Below the pieces are notes generated by a model. It worked only from the letters and a program-made list of their open reading frames with translations, made no database searches and was not told the origin of the DNA. From NCBI GenBank assembly GCA_051745145.1, contig JBNJDT010000014.1, positions 1 through 33,870 of the forward strand: a stretch of 33,870 bases of DNA. Reading direction: 5' to 3'. Made by a program: the position numbers and the translations under genes. This document shows, piece after piece, positions 25,902 through 33,870 of the stretch (position 1 is the stretch's first letter; each line of letters begins with the position of its first letter). The DNA is from Elusimicrobiota bacterium (lineage in GTDB: Bacteria; CG03; SLGR01; JAGXOG01).

Positions 25902-26916
25902 AATCTTTTAATTTCTTTAAAATATAATTCTTAAACTCTTCTTCAATCTCCAATTTCATTTCCAGAATCCAACCATCCACAGCGGGACTTTCGGGTAATT
26001 TAACGGCATCTTTGGAAGTCGTCACTATATCGAGACTCTTTTTTCTTGATCTTTTAATAATATCATCTAATTCTTCAGATGTCCAATTATGATGATCTTT
26101 TCTCTTTACTTTCTCAACTATATCTATCTCTGATTTCTCAAGCAGCCGGTAAAAACCCTCCGGATTTCCTATGGCCGAAAAACATATAACTTTTTTGCCG
26201 GAAAAAGCGGCCGGCGGCTTTGTCCGGCTGTTAGAAATTGCTCTGAAATTTTGGATTCTCTCCCGGGCGCTAAATATTTTAATATCCGGTTTTACCTCTT
26301 TCAAAAATTTTTCCAGTTTTTTCCCTTTCTTAGAATTTACAAGATCCCGGCGAGTTATTACTGCGCAGTCCGCCCTTTTTAAAGCCGAGCGGGGTTCCCT
26401 CATTTTCCCCAGCGGCAAAACTCTGTCGTTTAAAAAATCAGCAGACGCATCTATAACAACTATATCCAGATCTCTTTTTAATTCCAGGCTCTGAAATCCG
26501 TCATCCAGCACTAAAACTTTTGCTCCCTCTTTTTCGGCAATGGCTGCGCTCCGGTATCTGTCGGCCCCCAGTATAACTTCACAATTTGGTACTTTATCTC
26601 TTATTACCCTGGCTTCATCTCCGGTTTGGGATACTTTTTCTACATCCTGACCCACAACTTTTACCCCCCGGCTTTTGCGCTTATACCCCCGGCTCAATAC
26701 GGCGGCATCAAGCTTCCCGGGTAAAAATTTCAAAATTTCAAGAACCAGCGGCGTTTTTCCCGTCCCCCCCAGAGTAATATTCCCCACGCTTATAACCGGT
26801 ACGTTTACACCTCTTGGTTTTATAGTTTTAAAATAAATCCAGAGTCCAAACCTATAAAGATAAGATAATATAAATAAGAGAGGCCAGAATAGTATTTTAA
26901 AAAACTTTTTAAACAT
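25894..26916 (-). CDS. lpxK: Tetraacyldisaccharide 4'-kinase
   Basis: VISVGNITLGGTGKTP, LSRGY, GDE, LDDGFQ, LPLGKMRE, AIGNP, DHH and TTSKDAVK. Confidence 0.96.
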   Translation of the reverse strand: MFKKFFKILFWPLLFILSYLYRFGLWIYFKTIKPRGVNVPVISVGNITLGGTGKTPLVLEILKFLPGKLDAAVLSRGYKRKSRGVKVVGQDVEKVSQTGDEARVIRDKVPNCEVILGADRYRSAAIAEKEGAKVLVLDDGFQSLELKRDLDIVVIDASADFLNDRVLPLGKMREPRSALKRADCAVITRRDLVNSKKGKKLEKFLKEVKPDIKIFSARERIQNFRAISNSRTKPPAAFSGKKVICFSAIGNPEGFYRLLEKSEIDIVEKVKRKDHHNWTSEELDDIIKRSRKKSLDIVTTSKDAVKLPESPAVDGWILEMKLEIEEEFKNYILKKLKDYA

Positions 26917-28276
26917 TTCCGTTTTTTAGAATAAATTCCGAAGCCTCAGTTAAATCTCTTGCCCGGTAATCCGGTTTAACTTCTTTACTTTTCTCATCCT
27001 TATCCCCCACTTTTACAGTACCTATCCCCACATTCTTGCCTAATTTTACATCCGAATTTTTGTCACCTATAACCCAGCTATCCTCCATCTGTATATTTAA
27101 ATTCTTAGTAGCTTGTTTTATCATCCCCGGGTTTGGTTTCCGGCAGCTGCAGTTATCGTCCGGATGATGGGGACAGTAATACACCCGGTCTACAGTTATA
27201 CCCTCGTCTTCCAGCTTTTTTAAAAAATAAGAATTTAAAATTTTATAATCTCTCTCGCTGTAATACCCCCGGGCAATCCCCGACTGGTTGGTAACAACTA
27301 TAAGTATGTACCCCTTTTTCCTGAAATTTCTCAACGCCTCAAATACTCCGGGTATAAACTCAAGGTCTTCCTTTTTACTTACGTACCCGTGATCTTTATT
27401 TATTGTTCCGTCCCGGTCTAAAAATATAGCCGGCCAGCTGTCTTTCCAGAAATCGTGCATCCAGAACCACTCTTCTGGATTTTCACGTACCTTTTTCTCA
27501 ATCCAGGAAATCTGTTTCTGGGTATTTATAAGATCGCTCTTTACGGTATCGGAAGTATTTAGCATTTCCAGCGGCTCATCAGCAATAACTTTTATCTTTT
27601 CATTTTCGTGGTAGCTGTAGATGGGAATTACTTCACACCCCGTGCTCCTAACAACGAGAGAATTAAAATGGGTAACCCATACCGGGCGGTTAAAAAAAGT
27701 ACAGGGTATCCCGCTGGATATACGCTGGTCTATAAGTACCCCTATATTTCCGCCCTTTTTTATTGTCTTTAGGGCTTTTCGGGTGCCCCCCTTGTAGGAT
27801 ATCGGCCGGGCCCCGAAAGAACCTCTGAGCTCATTTACCAGTTTATCCACCGCCGGAGTACTTATTTTTTTATACACCGGAAACAGGCTGTAGCCTTTAT
27901 ATGTAACAGATAGACCGGTAATTTCCCAGTTTCCCAGGTGACCGGTTAAAAATATTACCCCGTCGGACAATTTTCCCGGCCCTTCAAAATCTACTTTTTT
28001 AGATAAACGCCCTGATGAATACTGAAGAAATTCAAAGAGATTCCTTCCGAAATTTTTAAATACCCGCCGGGAAATTTTCTTAGGCCACCTTTTATCTTTA
28101 TCCGGAAAAGCCCGCTTTAAATTCTGATATGTAATCCGCCTTCTCGAGGGTAATAAAAGATAAGCCCCGGAACCCAGAAACTCTCCCAATTTTAAAGAAA
28201 ATTTTGCAGGCAGCAGTGTGAAAAATAGAATTATCAGCTTTAAAACATAATAGAGAAAATAATTCAGGCCGTTCAT
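26909..28276 (-). CDS. Fusion of LpxL/HtrB-family acyltransferase (N-terminal) and D,D-heptose-1,7-bisphosphate phosphatase GmhB (C-terminal)
   Basis: N-terminal: GHLGNWE, LIDQ, PEEWFWMH. C-terminal: FLDRDGTIN, VTNQSGIARG, CPHHP...CSCRKP, IGDK.SD. One open frame. Confidence 0.9.
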   Translation of the reverse strand: MNGLNYFLYYVLKLIILFFTLLPAKFSLKLGEFLGSGAYLLLPSRRRITYQNLKRAFPDKDKRWPKKISRRVFKNFGRNLFEFLQYSSGRLSKKVDFEGPGKLSDGVIFLTGHLGNWEITGLSVTYKGYSLFPVYKKISTPAVDKLVNELRGSFGARPISYKGGTRKALKTIKKGGNIGVLIDQRISSGIPCTFFNRPVWVTHFNSLVVRSTGCEVIPIYSYHENEKIKVIADEPLEMLNTSDTVKSDLINTQKQISWIEKKVRENPEEWFWMHDFWKDSWPAIFLDRDGTINKDHGYVSKKEDLEFIPGVFEALRNFRKKGYILIVVTNQSGIARGYYSERDYKILNSYFLKKLEDEGITVDRVYYCPHHPDDNCSCRKPNPGMIKQATKNLNIQMEDSWVIGDKNSDVKLGKNVGIGTVKVGDKDEKSKEVKPDYRARDLTEASEFILKNGNV

Positions 28277-28278
28277 TT

Positions 28279-28545
28279 CTAGGCTTTTTTCTTTCTAGAA
28301 ATTAAAACCAGGTTCCGAAAATAGACTATAAACCCGCAGGACTGTCCTATTATGAAGACCGGATCTTTCCGGTATATAGCATAACTTAACAGTAAAGCTG
28401 CTCCTCCCAGCGAAAAGTACCAGAATATTACCGGAATAACACTCTCACCTCTTTTTTCAGATATTATCCACTGGACAAAAAACCTGAGGAAGAAAAACAC
28501 CTGTCCCCCGAATCCCACAGCCAGCCATATAGTTTCGCTTTTCAT
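28279..28545 (-). CDS. Lipid A biosynthesis N-terminal (LAB_N) domain small membrane protein
   Basis: GFGGQ.FF..RF.VQW..SE, S.IP..FWYFSL.G, DPVFI.GQ and Y.RNL. Confidence 0.88.
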   Translation of the reverse strand: MKSETIWLAVGFGGQVFFFLRFFVQWIISEKRGESVIPVIFWYFSLGGAALLLSYAIYRKDPVFIIGQSCGFIVYFRNLVLISRKKKA

Positions 28546-29249
28546 ATTTCCTCCGTTATATTTTTTAAATTAAAAGAATTTTTCTTAAACCACCGGACCC
28601 CGAAAACATCCACCAGACCTTTAAATAATCTATTGCCAATCCCGTATTTTGATTTTCCCTTTTTCCTGGGGAAATGCCTCACGGGTACAAATTTAACAGA
28701 ATATCCTGCGGACTTTAGGAGGGTGGGAATAAACCGGTGAAATCCCTTAAAGAAAGGAACCGCAAGAATGGCCTCTCTTTTAAATGCCTTAAGGGGACAG
28801 TTTGTATCTTTTATATTTTCTCCGGTTACCACATTCCTGAATTTATTGCCCACCCACGAAGAAATTTTTTTAATCCTTGAATCCAGCCGGTTTTTCCGGA
28901 TACCGCAAACTGAATCGCAGCTGCCTGAAAAATTTTCCAGTAATCCGGGGATATCTTCGGGTACGCACTGCAGGTCGGCATCCAGCATGATGACAATATC
29001 ACCTCTTGCCTTTTTAAAGCCGGCGGCCATGGCTATGCTCTGTCCGCTGTGTTCTAACAGTTTTATTATTCTCAAAAAAGAGCAGTCCTGATTTTTTAAT
29101 ATTTTAACACTTGAATCTTCAGATTTATCGTCAACACATATTATTTCAACCTCCCCATCCAAAGAGACCAGCACTTCCTTTGACCGGCTTATTAAATCGG
29201 GTATATTTTTTTCTTCATTATATATGGGTACAACCAGTGAATAACGCAT
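28542..29249 (-). CDS. GT2 polyprenyl-phosphate sugar synthase (DPM1/ArnC-like, no C-terminal TM helices)
   Basis: VVPIYNEE, VDD.S.D, GQS.A, DADLQ, HRFIP and HFPR..GKSKYG. Confidence 0.88.
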   Translation of the reverse strand: MRYSLVVPIYNEEKNIPDLISRSKEVLVSLDGEVEIICVDDKSEDSSVKILKNQDCSFLRIIKLLEHSGQSIAMAAGFKKARGDIVIMLDADLQCVPEDIPGLLENFSGSCDSVCGIRKNRLDSRIKKISSWVGNKFRNVVTGENIKDTNCPLKAFKREAILAVPFFKGFHRFIPTLLKSAGYSVKFVPVRHFPRKKGKSKYGIGNRLFKGLVDVFGVRWFKKNSFNLKNITEEI

Positions 29250-29252
29250 AAT

Positions 29253-30836
29253 TTACTTTATATCTCCTATAAAATAAGTCTCTGTTTTAAGGGGGCCCAA
29301 ATCTTTTTCTTTAAGAGCTTCTTTTACCTGACTGTTTTTGGGGAATTCGTTGAACCTCTCCCAGGTGATTTTCTTTTTATATTCGGTGTAATTATTTTCG
29401 GCCATGAATCTTTCCACCTTATCCAGCCAGTTTTCGGGCACATATATAAGGGCCCCCCGGTCCACGGCTTTTTTAAAACTTTCCGGAGAATTTATATCAA
29501 TATCCTGGGAACGGCCCATTTTTACGGGTAAAAAGAAGGGCCTTCTTTTAAAAGTGGCCACCTTCTTGCCTTTGAGTTTTCGGGTTATAGTGTCCGGAAT
29601 TTCCCAAAGCCCTATATGAGAATACAAATACCCAAAAGCCAGCAGCTCAAAGATCCCGGTAAATATTACAGCTTTTTTCAGCCTGCCGGTAAAATAAAAA
29701 TAACCTGTCCCGGCAACTATAAGTAAAGTTATAAGTATAATATAAAACGGATAAATTTTAAAAGTTAATCCCAGATAAAAGATAAGTAACCCGGGAATCA
29801 AAACAAACAGGATATAGGTGAGTTTAACCCAGACATCCTTAAAATTCATCTCTTTTAAGTTAAGCCCTATTAACAGTACAGCCCCCGGGAGAACGGGAAC
29901 CATATACCTCATCCGGTAGCTTACTACAAAAAGATAGGGGAGAATCAGGGAAAGAGTATATAAAAAAACCATCTTTTTCTTCGGGGAATTATTTTTAAAT
30001 GTAAGATAGAGAGAATTAAAAAATAAAAGAGTGTACGGAAGCAAAAGGGTAAGAAGTCCCTTGAGCATCCCAAAAAAACTGCCGCTTCCCTCCTGAAATC
30101 TTTCTCCTACTAATTCTTCGGACATACTGGCTAAAAAGCTTTCCCGGTAACCGGTATAAAGGTATAAATACCAGGGTAAAACCACAAGCAAAAATATTCC
30201 CCCGGCTTTAATCCAGGCCCACCCGTGATCGGTAAATAGATCCCACTGCCGGTTAATAACAGTCCAGAGCAGCATAAAAAAAACAGCTCCGGCAAATGTA
30301 GCGTGACTTTTTATCAACATTGAAAGCCCCAAAAATACGGCGGCAATATACAGACCTTTCTTCCTCTTTTTTAGTATGAAATCACTTAAGCCGTAGAAGG
30401 TCCCCAGGGTTACAAAAAGCATGGGTATTTCCAGAGCCGCTATTCTAGAATAGGTAAAAAACCCCGTGGACGTGGCCAGTAAAAAAACGGTAATCATCAT
30501 TTCGTTGTACTCAAACCTGAATTTTTCTAAAAGTTTTAAAAACAAAAAGACGGACAGTATGCCAAAAATTACCGAGCTCAGTCTCACAGAAAAAAGTTTC
30601 AGCCCCAGAATTTTACTCAGCCCCACCATGGACCAGTAGGCTGCCGGCGGTTTTTTAAAACGGTAACTGTTCCATAATTTGGGGATTTTCCAGCTGGAGG
30701 CGTTATAAGTAGATACCACCGTCGGAAGAGTCCACCGGTACTCAGCCGGCAATGTGTAAGAAGTCTCCCGGCCTATGAAAGGGACCAGCAGTATTATTAA
30801 AAAGAGAAGAAGAAAAATTTTTCTTTTTAAACTCAT
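29253..30836 (-). CDS. ArnT/PMT-like GT-C membrane glycosyltransferase
   Basis: W.IP...RFKKPP..YW, RL.S, L.K, LPWY, L.P and RY.VP; multi-TM; directly upstream of GT2 and LAB_N. Confidence 0.8.
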   Translation of the reverse strand: MSLKRKIFLLLFLIILLVPFIGRETSYTLPAEYRWTLPTVVSTYNASSWKIPKLWNSYRFKKPPAAYWSMVGLSKILGLKLFSVRLSSVIFGILSVFLFLKLLEKFRFEYNEMMITVFLLATSTGFFTYSRIAALEIPMLFVTLGTFYGLSDFILKKRKKGLYIAAVFLGLSMLIKSHATFAGAVFFMLLWTVINRQWDLFTDHGWAWIKAGGIFLLVVLPWYLYLYTGYRESFLASMSEELVGERFQEGSGSFFGMLKGLLTLLLPYTLLFFNSLYLTFKNNSPKKKMVFLYTLSLILPYLFVVSYRMRYMVPVLPGAVLLIGLNLKEMNFKDVWVKLTYILFVLIPGLLIFYLGLTFKIYPFYIILITLLIVAGTGYFYFTGRLKKAVIFTGIFELLAFGYLYSHIGLWEIPDTITRKLKGKKVATFKRRPFFLPVKMGRSQDIDINSPESFKKAVDRGALIYVPENWLDKVERFMAENNYTEYKKKITWERFNEFPKNSQVKEALKEKDLGPLKTETYFIGDIK

Positions 30837-30850
30837 TCGCTTTTAGACTG

Positions 30851-32113
30851 CTACTCTAAATTACTTTCGGGAAGGGACATCCGGCGGGACCATTTACTCT
30901 TTTTTAATTTAATTATTATACCGGCTAAAGTCCATATAAGCACTGAATTTTGAGCTGCGGTTAGATAGTCCCTGAATATACCTCCGGTAAATACGGCCAG
31001 AAGAGCGAGCCAGCAGGCATAGTGCAGATTCTTCCATCTTCTCTTATAGGAGGAGTCGGGTTTTAAATAGAGCCGTATAAATTTAATAATTAGATACAAA
31101 AAAGCTAAAAAAACCAGTAAACCGCCGTCGATAAGTATATTGAAATAAATTGAACTGGGACGCTGTATCGGAGCATCTTCAGCCCGGGGAAAAGCATCCC
31201 GGTATTCCCGGTCAAATACTGTTTTATACTGCGAGGACCCGGTTCCCGTAAGGGGATTTAAAGAAAACATTCTCAAAGCCGTTTTTCCCCTTTCCAGCCG
31301 GACCGTCATCTCATCAGCAGTTAACTGCTCTGCCAGGATATCTTCTTTGTCTTCCAGTTTAGTACCTGCAAAAAATAAAAGACCCGCCAGCACAAAAACC
31401 GAAAAAATCGCCAGTACTTTTTTCTTCTTTAAATAAAACACGTATACCAAAAGAGCAACTATAAAACCAAACCAGGCGCTGAAAGTAAAATTAAAAAATA
31501 AAGCTAAAAAGACTAAACCGGGGATAAATAATTTTTTAAAGATAGCCGCGGCAACAAAAATCAGCATTAAAAGCTGGCCCCCGAAAGTTACCTGATGTCC
31601 CATAATCCCGGTCCCCAGAAAAATTGAATAATCTCCTATATTTACTACTTCTTCTAAAGCCGGGGGGATTAATTTAATAGCTTCTCCGATTTTAAAGCCC
31701 AGATTAAAGTTCAATCCTATAGTTGACTGTAGAATTGTATAGACGGATATCCCGAAAGCGGCCCACCCAAGATAGGTTAGGAATTTTTTCATCTCTTTCT
31801 GCTCAAACAGATATACAACCAGATAAAGATGCAGGATATACCAGTAGTTCTGCAGAATATCATTTAAACTCCCCCTAATATCGGGACTGAAAAATGAACT
31901 TATAAGAAAAAGACCGATAAATACCGCCAGGGGAATTTCCAGCCCCGTTGATATAAATTTTAAGTCATTGCTGTATATTTTTATTAACAGCGCCAGAAAT
32001 AACAGGCCGGCCGCAGTATTCATTAAAGTAATAGAAAAAGTTATACTTAAGGCCAACAAGATTATGCCCCAGTTAAGAGAATTTTTATATATTTTATTTT
32101 TATTTATTCTCAT
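30851..32113 (-). CDS. O-antigen ligase (WaaL/Wzy_C)-like membrane protein, divergent paralog
   Basis: Multi-TM; G..GH..TFGGQL, NPLTGTG and ..GGL..F. Aligns with the ORF at 32830 (shared YLTAAQNSVLIWT). Confidence 0.72.
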   Translation of the reverse strand: MRINKNKIYKNSLNWGIILLALSITFSITLMNTAAGLLFLALLIKIYSNDLKFISTGLEIPLAVFIGLFLISSFFSPDIRGSLNDILQNYWYILHLYLVVYLFEQKEMKKFLTYLGWAAFGISVYTILQSTIGLNFNLGFKIGEAIKLIPPALEEVVNIGDYSIFLGTGIMGHQVTFGGQLLMLIFVAAAIFKKLFIPGLVFLALFFNFTFSAWFGFIVALLVYVFYLKKKKVLAIFSVFVLAGLLFFAGTKLEDKEDILAEQLTADEMTVRLERGKTALRMFSLNPLTGTGSSQYKTVFDREYRDAFPRAEDAPIQRPSSIYFNILIDGGLLVFLAFLYLIIKFIRLYLKPDSSYKRRWKNLHYACWLALLAVFTGGIFRDYLTAAQNSVLIWTLAGIIIKLKKSKWSRRMSLPESNLE

Positions 32114-32162
32114 TTTAAAATTTTATTTCCTGCTCTTTACTGCAAAATAATTTAAACTTATA

Positions 32163-32720
32163 TTAAAAATATAGATCTTTAATAAAAAACGGTAATAATA
32201 CTAAGACAGAATGTACTTCTCCTGTAAAAGAAGAGAGAAAATAGGAATTTATAAATTCCAAATCCTTAAATGAAGATTTTCTCGGTTTCCAGCGTGAAGT
32301 TTTATTCTTAAATTCCAAATAGGATTCACCATATTGTTTTTCCAATCTATGCTCTTCAAATCTTACGACAATTGAATAGACAATCATGCACCACAAAAGA
32401 GTTAGAGGAACGGCCCACAATATTTTTGAGCTGAATGCCGCCCCCACGCATAAAGAAGTATTGGCAACATAAAGAGGATTCCTCATTATAGTATACGGTC
32501 CGGTAATTGTTAGGGTCGTCTCCGGATCCAGCCGGTAATGTAAATGTTCCTGGGCCCATATCCTTATAAAAAGCCCCAGCAGAACAAATACTCCCCCCCA
32601 AATCCAGTAAAGCGTTCCCCTCACTTCCTCCGGATAAGGATATAAAAGGGCCACTATTAAAGGGGGAGTGACCATAAATCCTCTGGCTTTGTAAAAAAAT
32701 TTTTTAATTTTTATATTCAT
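32163..32720 (-). CDS. Isoprenylcysteine carboxyl methyltransferase/PEMT-family membrane methyltransferase (start probably ATG 32720)
   Basis: G..IRIWA, L.ITGPY...RNPLY.AN and EE..L...YGESY..F......W.P. Confidence 0.85.
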   Translation of the reverse strand: MNIKIKKFFYKARGFMVTPPLIVALLYPYPEEVRGTLYWIWGGVFVLLGLFIRIWAQEHLHYRLDPETTLTITGPYTIMRNPLYVANTSLCVGAAFSSKILWAVPLTLLWCMIVYSIVVRFEEHRLEKQYGESYLEFKNKTSRWKPRKSSFKDLEFINSYFLSSFTGEVHSVLVLLPFFIKDLYF

Positions 32721-32760
32721 TATTCCACTCACTATATTTTTCGAATCAACCTCTCTGATT

Positions 32761-32789
32761 ACTTTATCATACCCGAAATATTTTGTCAA
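32761..32789 (-). promoter_or_regulatory. Sigma70-type promoter with extended -10 for the methyltransferase gene
   Basis: Minus strand TTGACA (32789-32784), 17-nt spacer, TAAAGT (32766-32761), preceded by TG (TGaTAAAGT). Confidence 0.6.
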
Positions 32790-32829
32790 TTTAGGGTTTT
32801 CTTTACCGTTTTATTATAGGTTAAAAAGT

Positions 32830-33870
32830 TTATTGGTCGGTAAAATTCAATTTCTCGCTGTAACTAACTTTTAAGGATACAATAATACCTATTACAGTCC
32901 ATATCAATACCGAATTCTGGGCCGCGGTGAGATAGTTCTGAAAAAATCCGGCTCCGAATATACAGACAAGCGCACCCCATAAAAGATAGTACAGATTGAA
33001 CCATTTTGTATTTTTCATTTCCGTGGGCGGCCGGATATACAGCTGTACAAATTTAACTATAAAAAAGAGAAAAGCTAGAAAAGTTACCGCTCCCCCCCGA
33101 ACCAGTTTACTCAAGTACAGATTATGGGGATGACCGCTGGCACCGGAAGAAGGCAAATGGGGGAATTTCTGTCTATAGTTATCTTCCTTAAAAGTGGGAG
33201 TATACCGTCCCGCGCCTATTCCCAGAACCGGGGAAGTTTTATACATGTGCCAGGAGGCCTCCCAGATAGCCAGACGGCCGGACAATTTTTCTTCCAATAC
33301 CGAAACATTCCCGGGGACCGAGATAAAGACAGCCCCAAAAAGTACTGCCAGAGCCAGTCCCCATTTAACTTTTTTATATTTAATTATCAATACAAATACA
33401 ATACCCAGTATAAATCCGCCCCAGGCGCTGTAGGCAAAACTGAAGAAAAGGCCGGCGGGAATAAATACCAGGAGCCATTTTTTCTTGATAATGCCGTAAC
33501 TTATAATTGAGAGCATGGCCATCTGTCCCCCGGCTGTTAAATGGTGGCTGAAAACCCCGGCGGCTCTAAAACCCACAGGGGCCTTATCTAATGCATCCTT
33601 TCCCATAGATATTCCGGCGAGAACTCCTTTGTCGATTATTGCTGCCAGCCCCCCTAAAAGAGGCCAGCCGGTAAACCCCTGAACTACGGTATAAGCCCCC
33701 GCTGCAACAGCAGTCCAGGCCATTATTTTTAAAAATTTAAAAATATCTTCGGGCTTAAACATATAAATCATAAAATACATGCAAAAAATCCAACCGTAAT
33801 TAAACCAGATGTATTCCAGACTGTGAAGCGGAGCATCCGAAGAGAACAGAGCGCTTATAATAAAAGCCAG
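32830..33870 (-). CDS. O-antigen ligase (WaaL/Wzy_C) family protein (5' end truncated by window edge)
   Basis: The frame stays open from 33780 to the edge (LAFIISALFSSD...). Motifs RAAGVFSH, R..IW, P.LGIG.G and HPHNLYL..L..GG. Confidence 0.85.
   Translation of the reverse strand: MAFIISALFSSDAPLHSLEYIWFNYGWIFCMYFMIYMFKPEDIFKFLKIMAWTAVAAGAYTVVQGFTGWPLLGGLAAIIDKGVLAGISMGKDALDKAPVGFRAAGVFSHHLTAGGQMAMLSIISYGIIKKKWLLVFIPAGLFFSFAYSAWGGFILGIVFVLIIKYKKVKWGLALAVLFGAVFISVPGNVSVLEEKLSGRLAIWEASWHMYKTSPVLGIGAGRYTPTFKEDNYRQKFPHLPSSGASGHPHNLYLSKLVRGGAVTFLAFLFFIVKFVQLYIRPPTEMKNTKWFNLYYLLWGALVCIFGAGFFQNYLTAAQNSVLIWTVIGIIVSLKVSYSEKLNFTDQ

Noticed and set aside
32163..32720. Methyltransferase gene as a recent foreign insertion or mobile cargo
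   Set aside because: No flanking repeats or transposase were seen, and it carries CCGG sites like the rest of the window.
32721..32789. TTG start at 32789 for the methyltransferase, as given in the ORF track
   Set aside because: That TTG is the -35 box of the predicted promoter. ATG 32720, preceded by GAGTGGA, fits better.
100..33510. All plus-strand ORFs and the short alternate-frame minus ORFs in the track (e.g. 100-309, 130-315, 4484-4768, 8040-8222, 18687-19085, 20152-20517, 23400-23624, 32356-32601, 33124-33510)
   Set aside because: They overlap well-supported minus-strand genes and show no recognisable motifs, so they are treated as shadow ORFs.
1..33870. CRISPR arrays, tRNA/rRNA genes, IS elements, defence or phage genes, alternative genetic code
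   Set aside because: The largest intergenic gaps are only about 160 nt and hold no repeat arrays or cloverleafs. All recognised genes translate intact with the standard code.

Overview
AT-rich chromosomal window from an LPS-producing (diderm) bacterium. About 40 tightly packed genes all lie on the minus strand. No rRNA, tRNA, CRISPR array or mobile element was recognised. In the direction of transcription (right to left) there are five blocks. (1) An LPS/lipid A decoration block: two paralogous O-antigen-ligase-like genes flanking an ICMT-family methyltransferase, an ArnT-like GT-C + GT2 + LAB_N trio, an LpxL-family acyltransferase fused to GmhB, lpxK, a DUF3108-like exported protein and three tandem sulfotransferases. 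(2) Heptose/Kdo/LPS-transport genes: rfaE1, kdsB, kdsA, kdsD, kdsC, an lpxL-like gene and lptCAB. This block also holds a 57-aa zinc-ribbon membrane protein missing from the ORF track. (3) hpf-ptsN-hprK-rapZ-mannose-family PTS IIABCD-HPr-EI, with no rpoN and an EIID gene that lacks a canonical start codon. (4) lepA-lepB-ROK kinase-CBM48 lipoprotein. (5) pfkA-rlmN-MBL hydrolase and an edge-truncated ATP-cone/uridine-kinase-like fusion also missing from the ORF track. The best candidate for an undescribed system is the envelope block, which could sulfate, methylate and glycosylate LPS/lipid A. All family calls come from motif recognition, not database searches.
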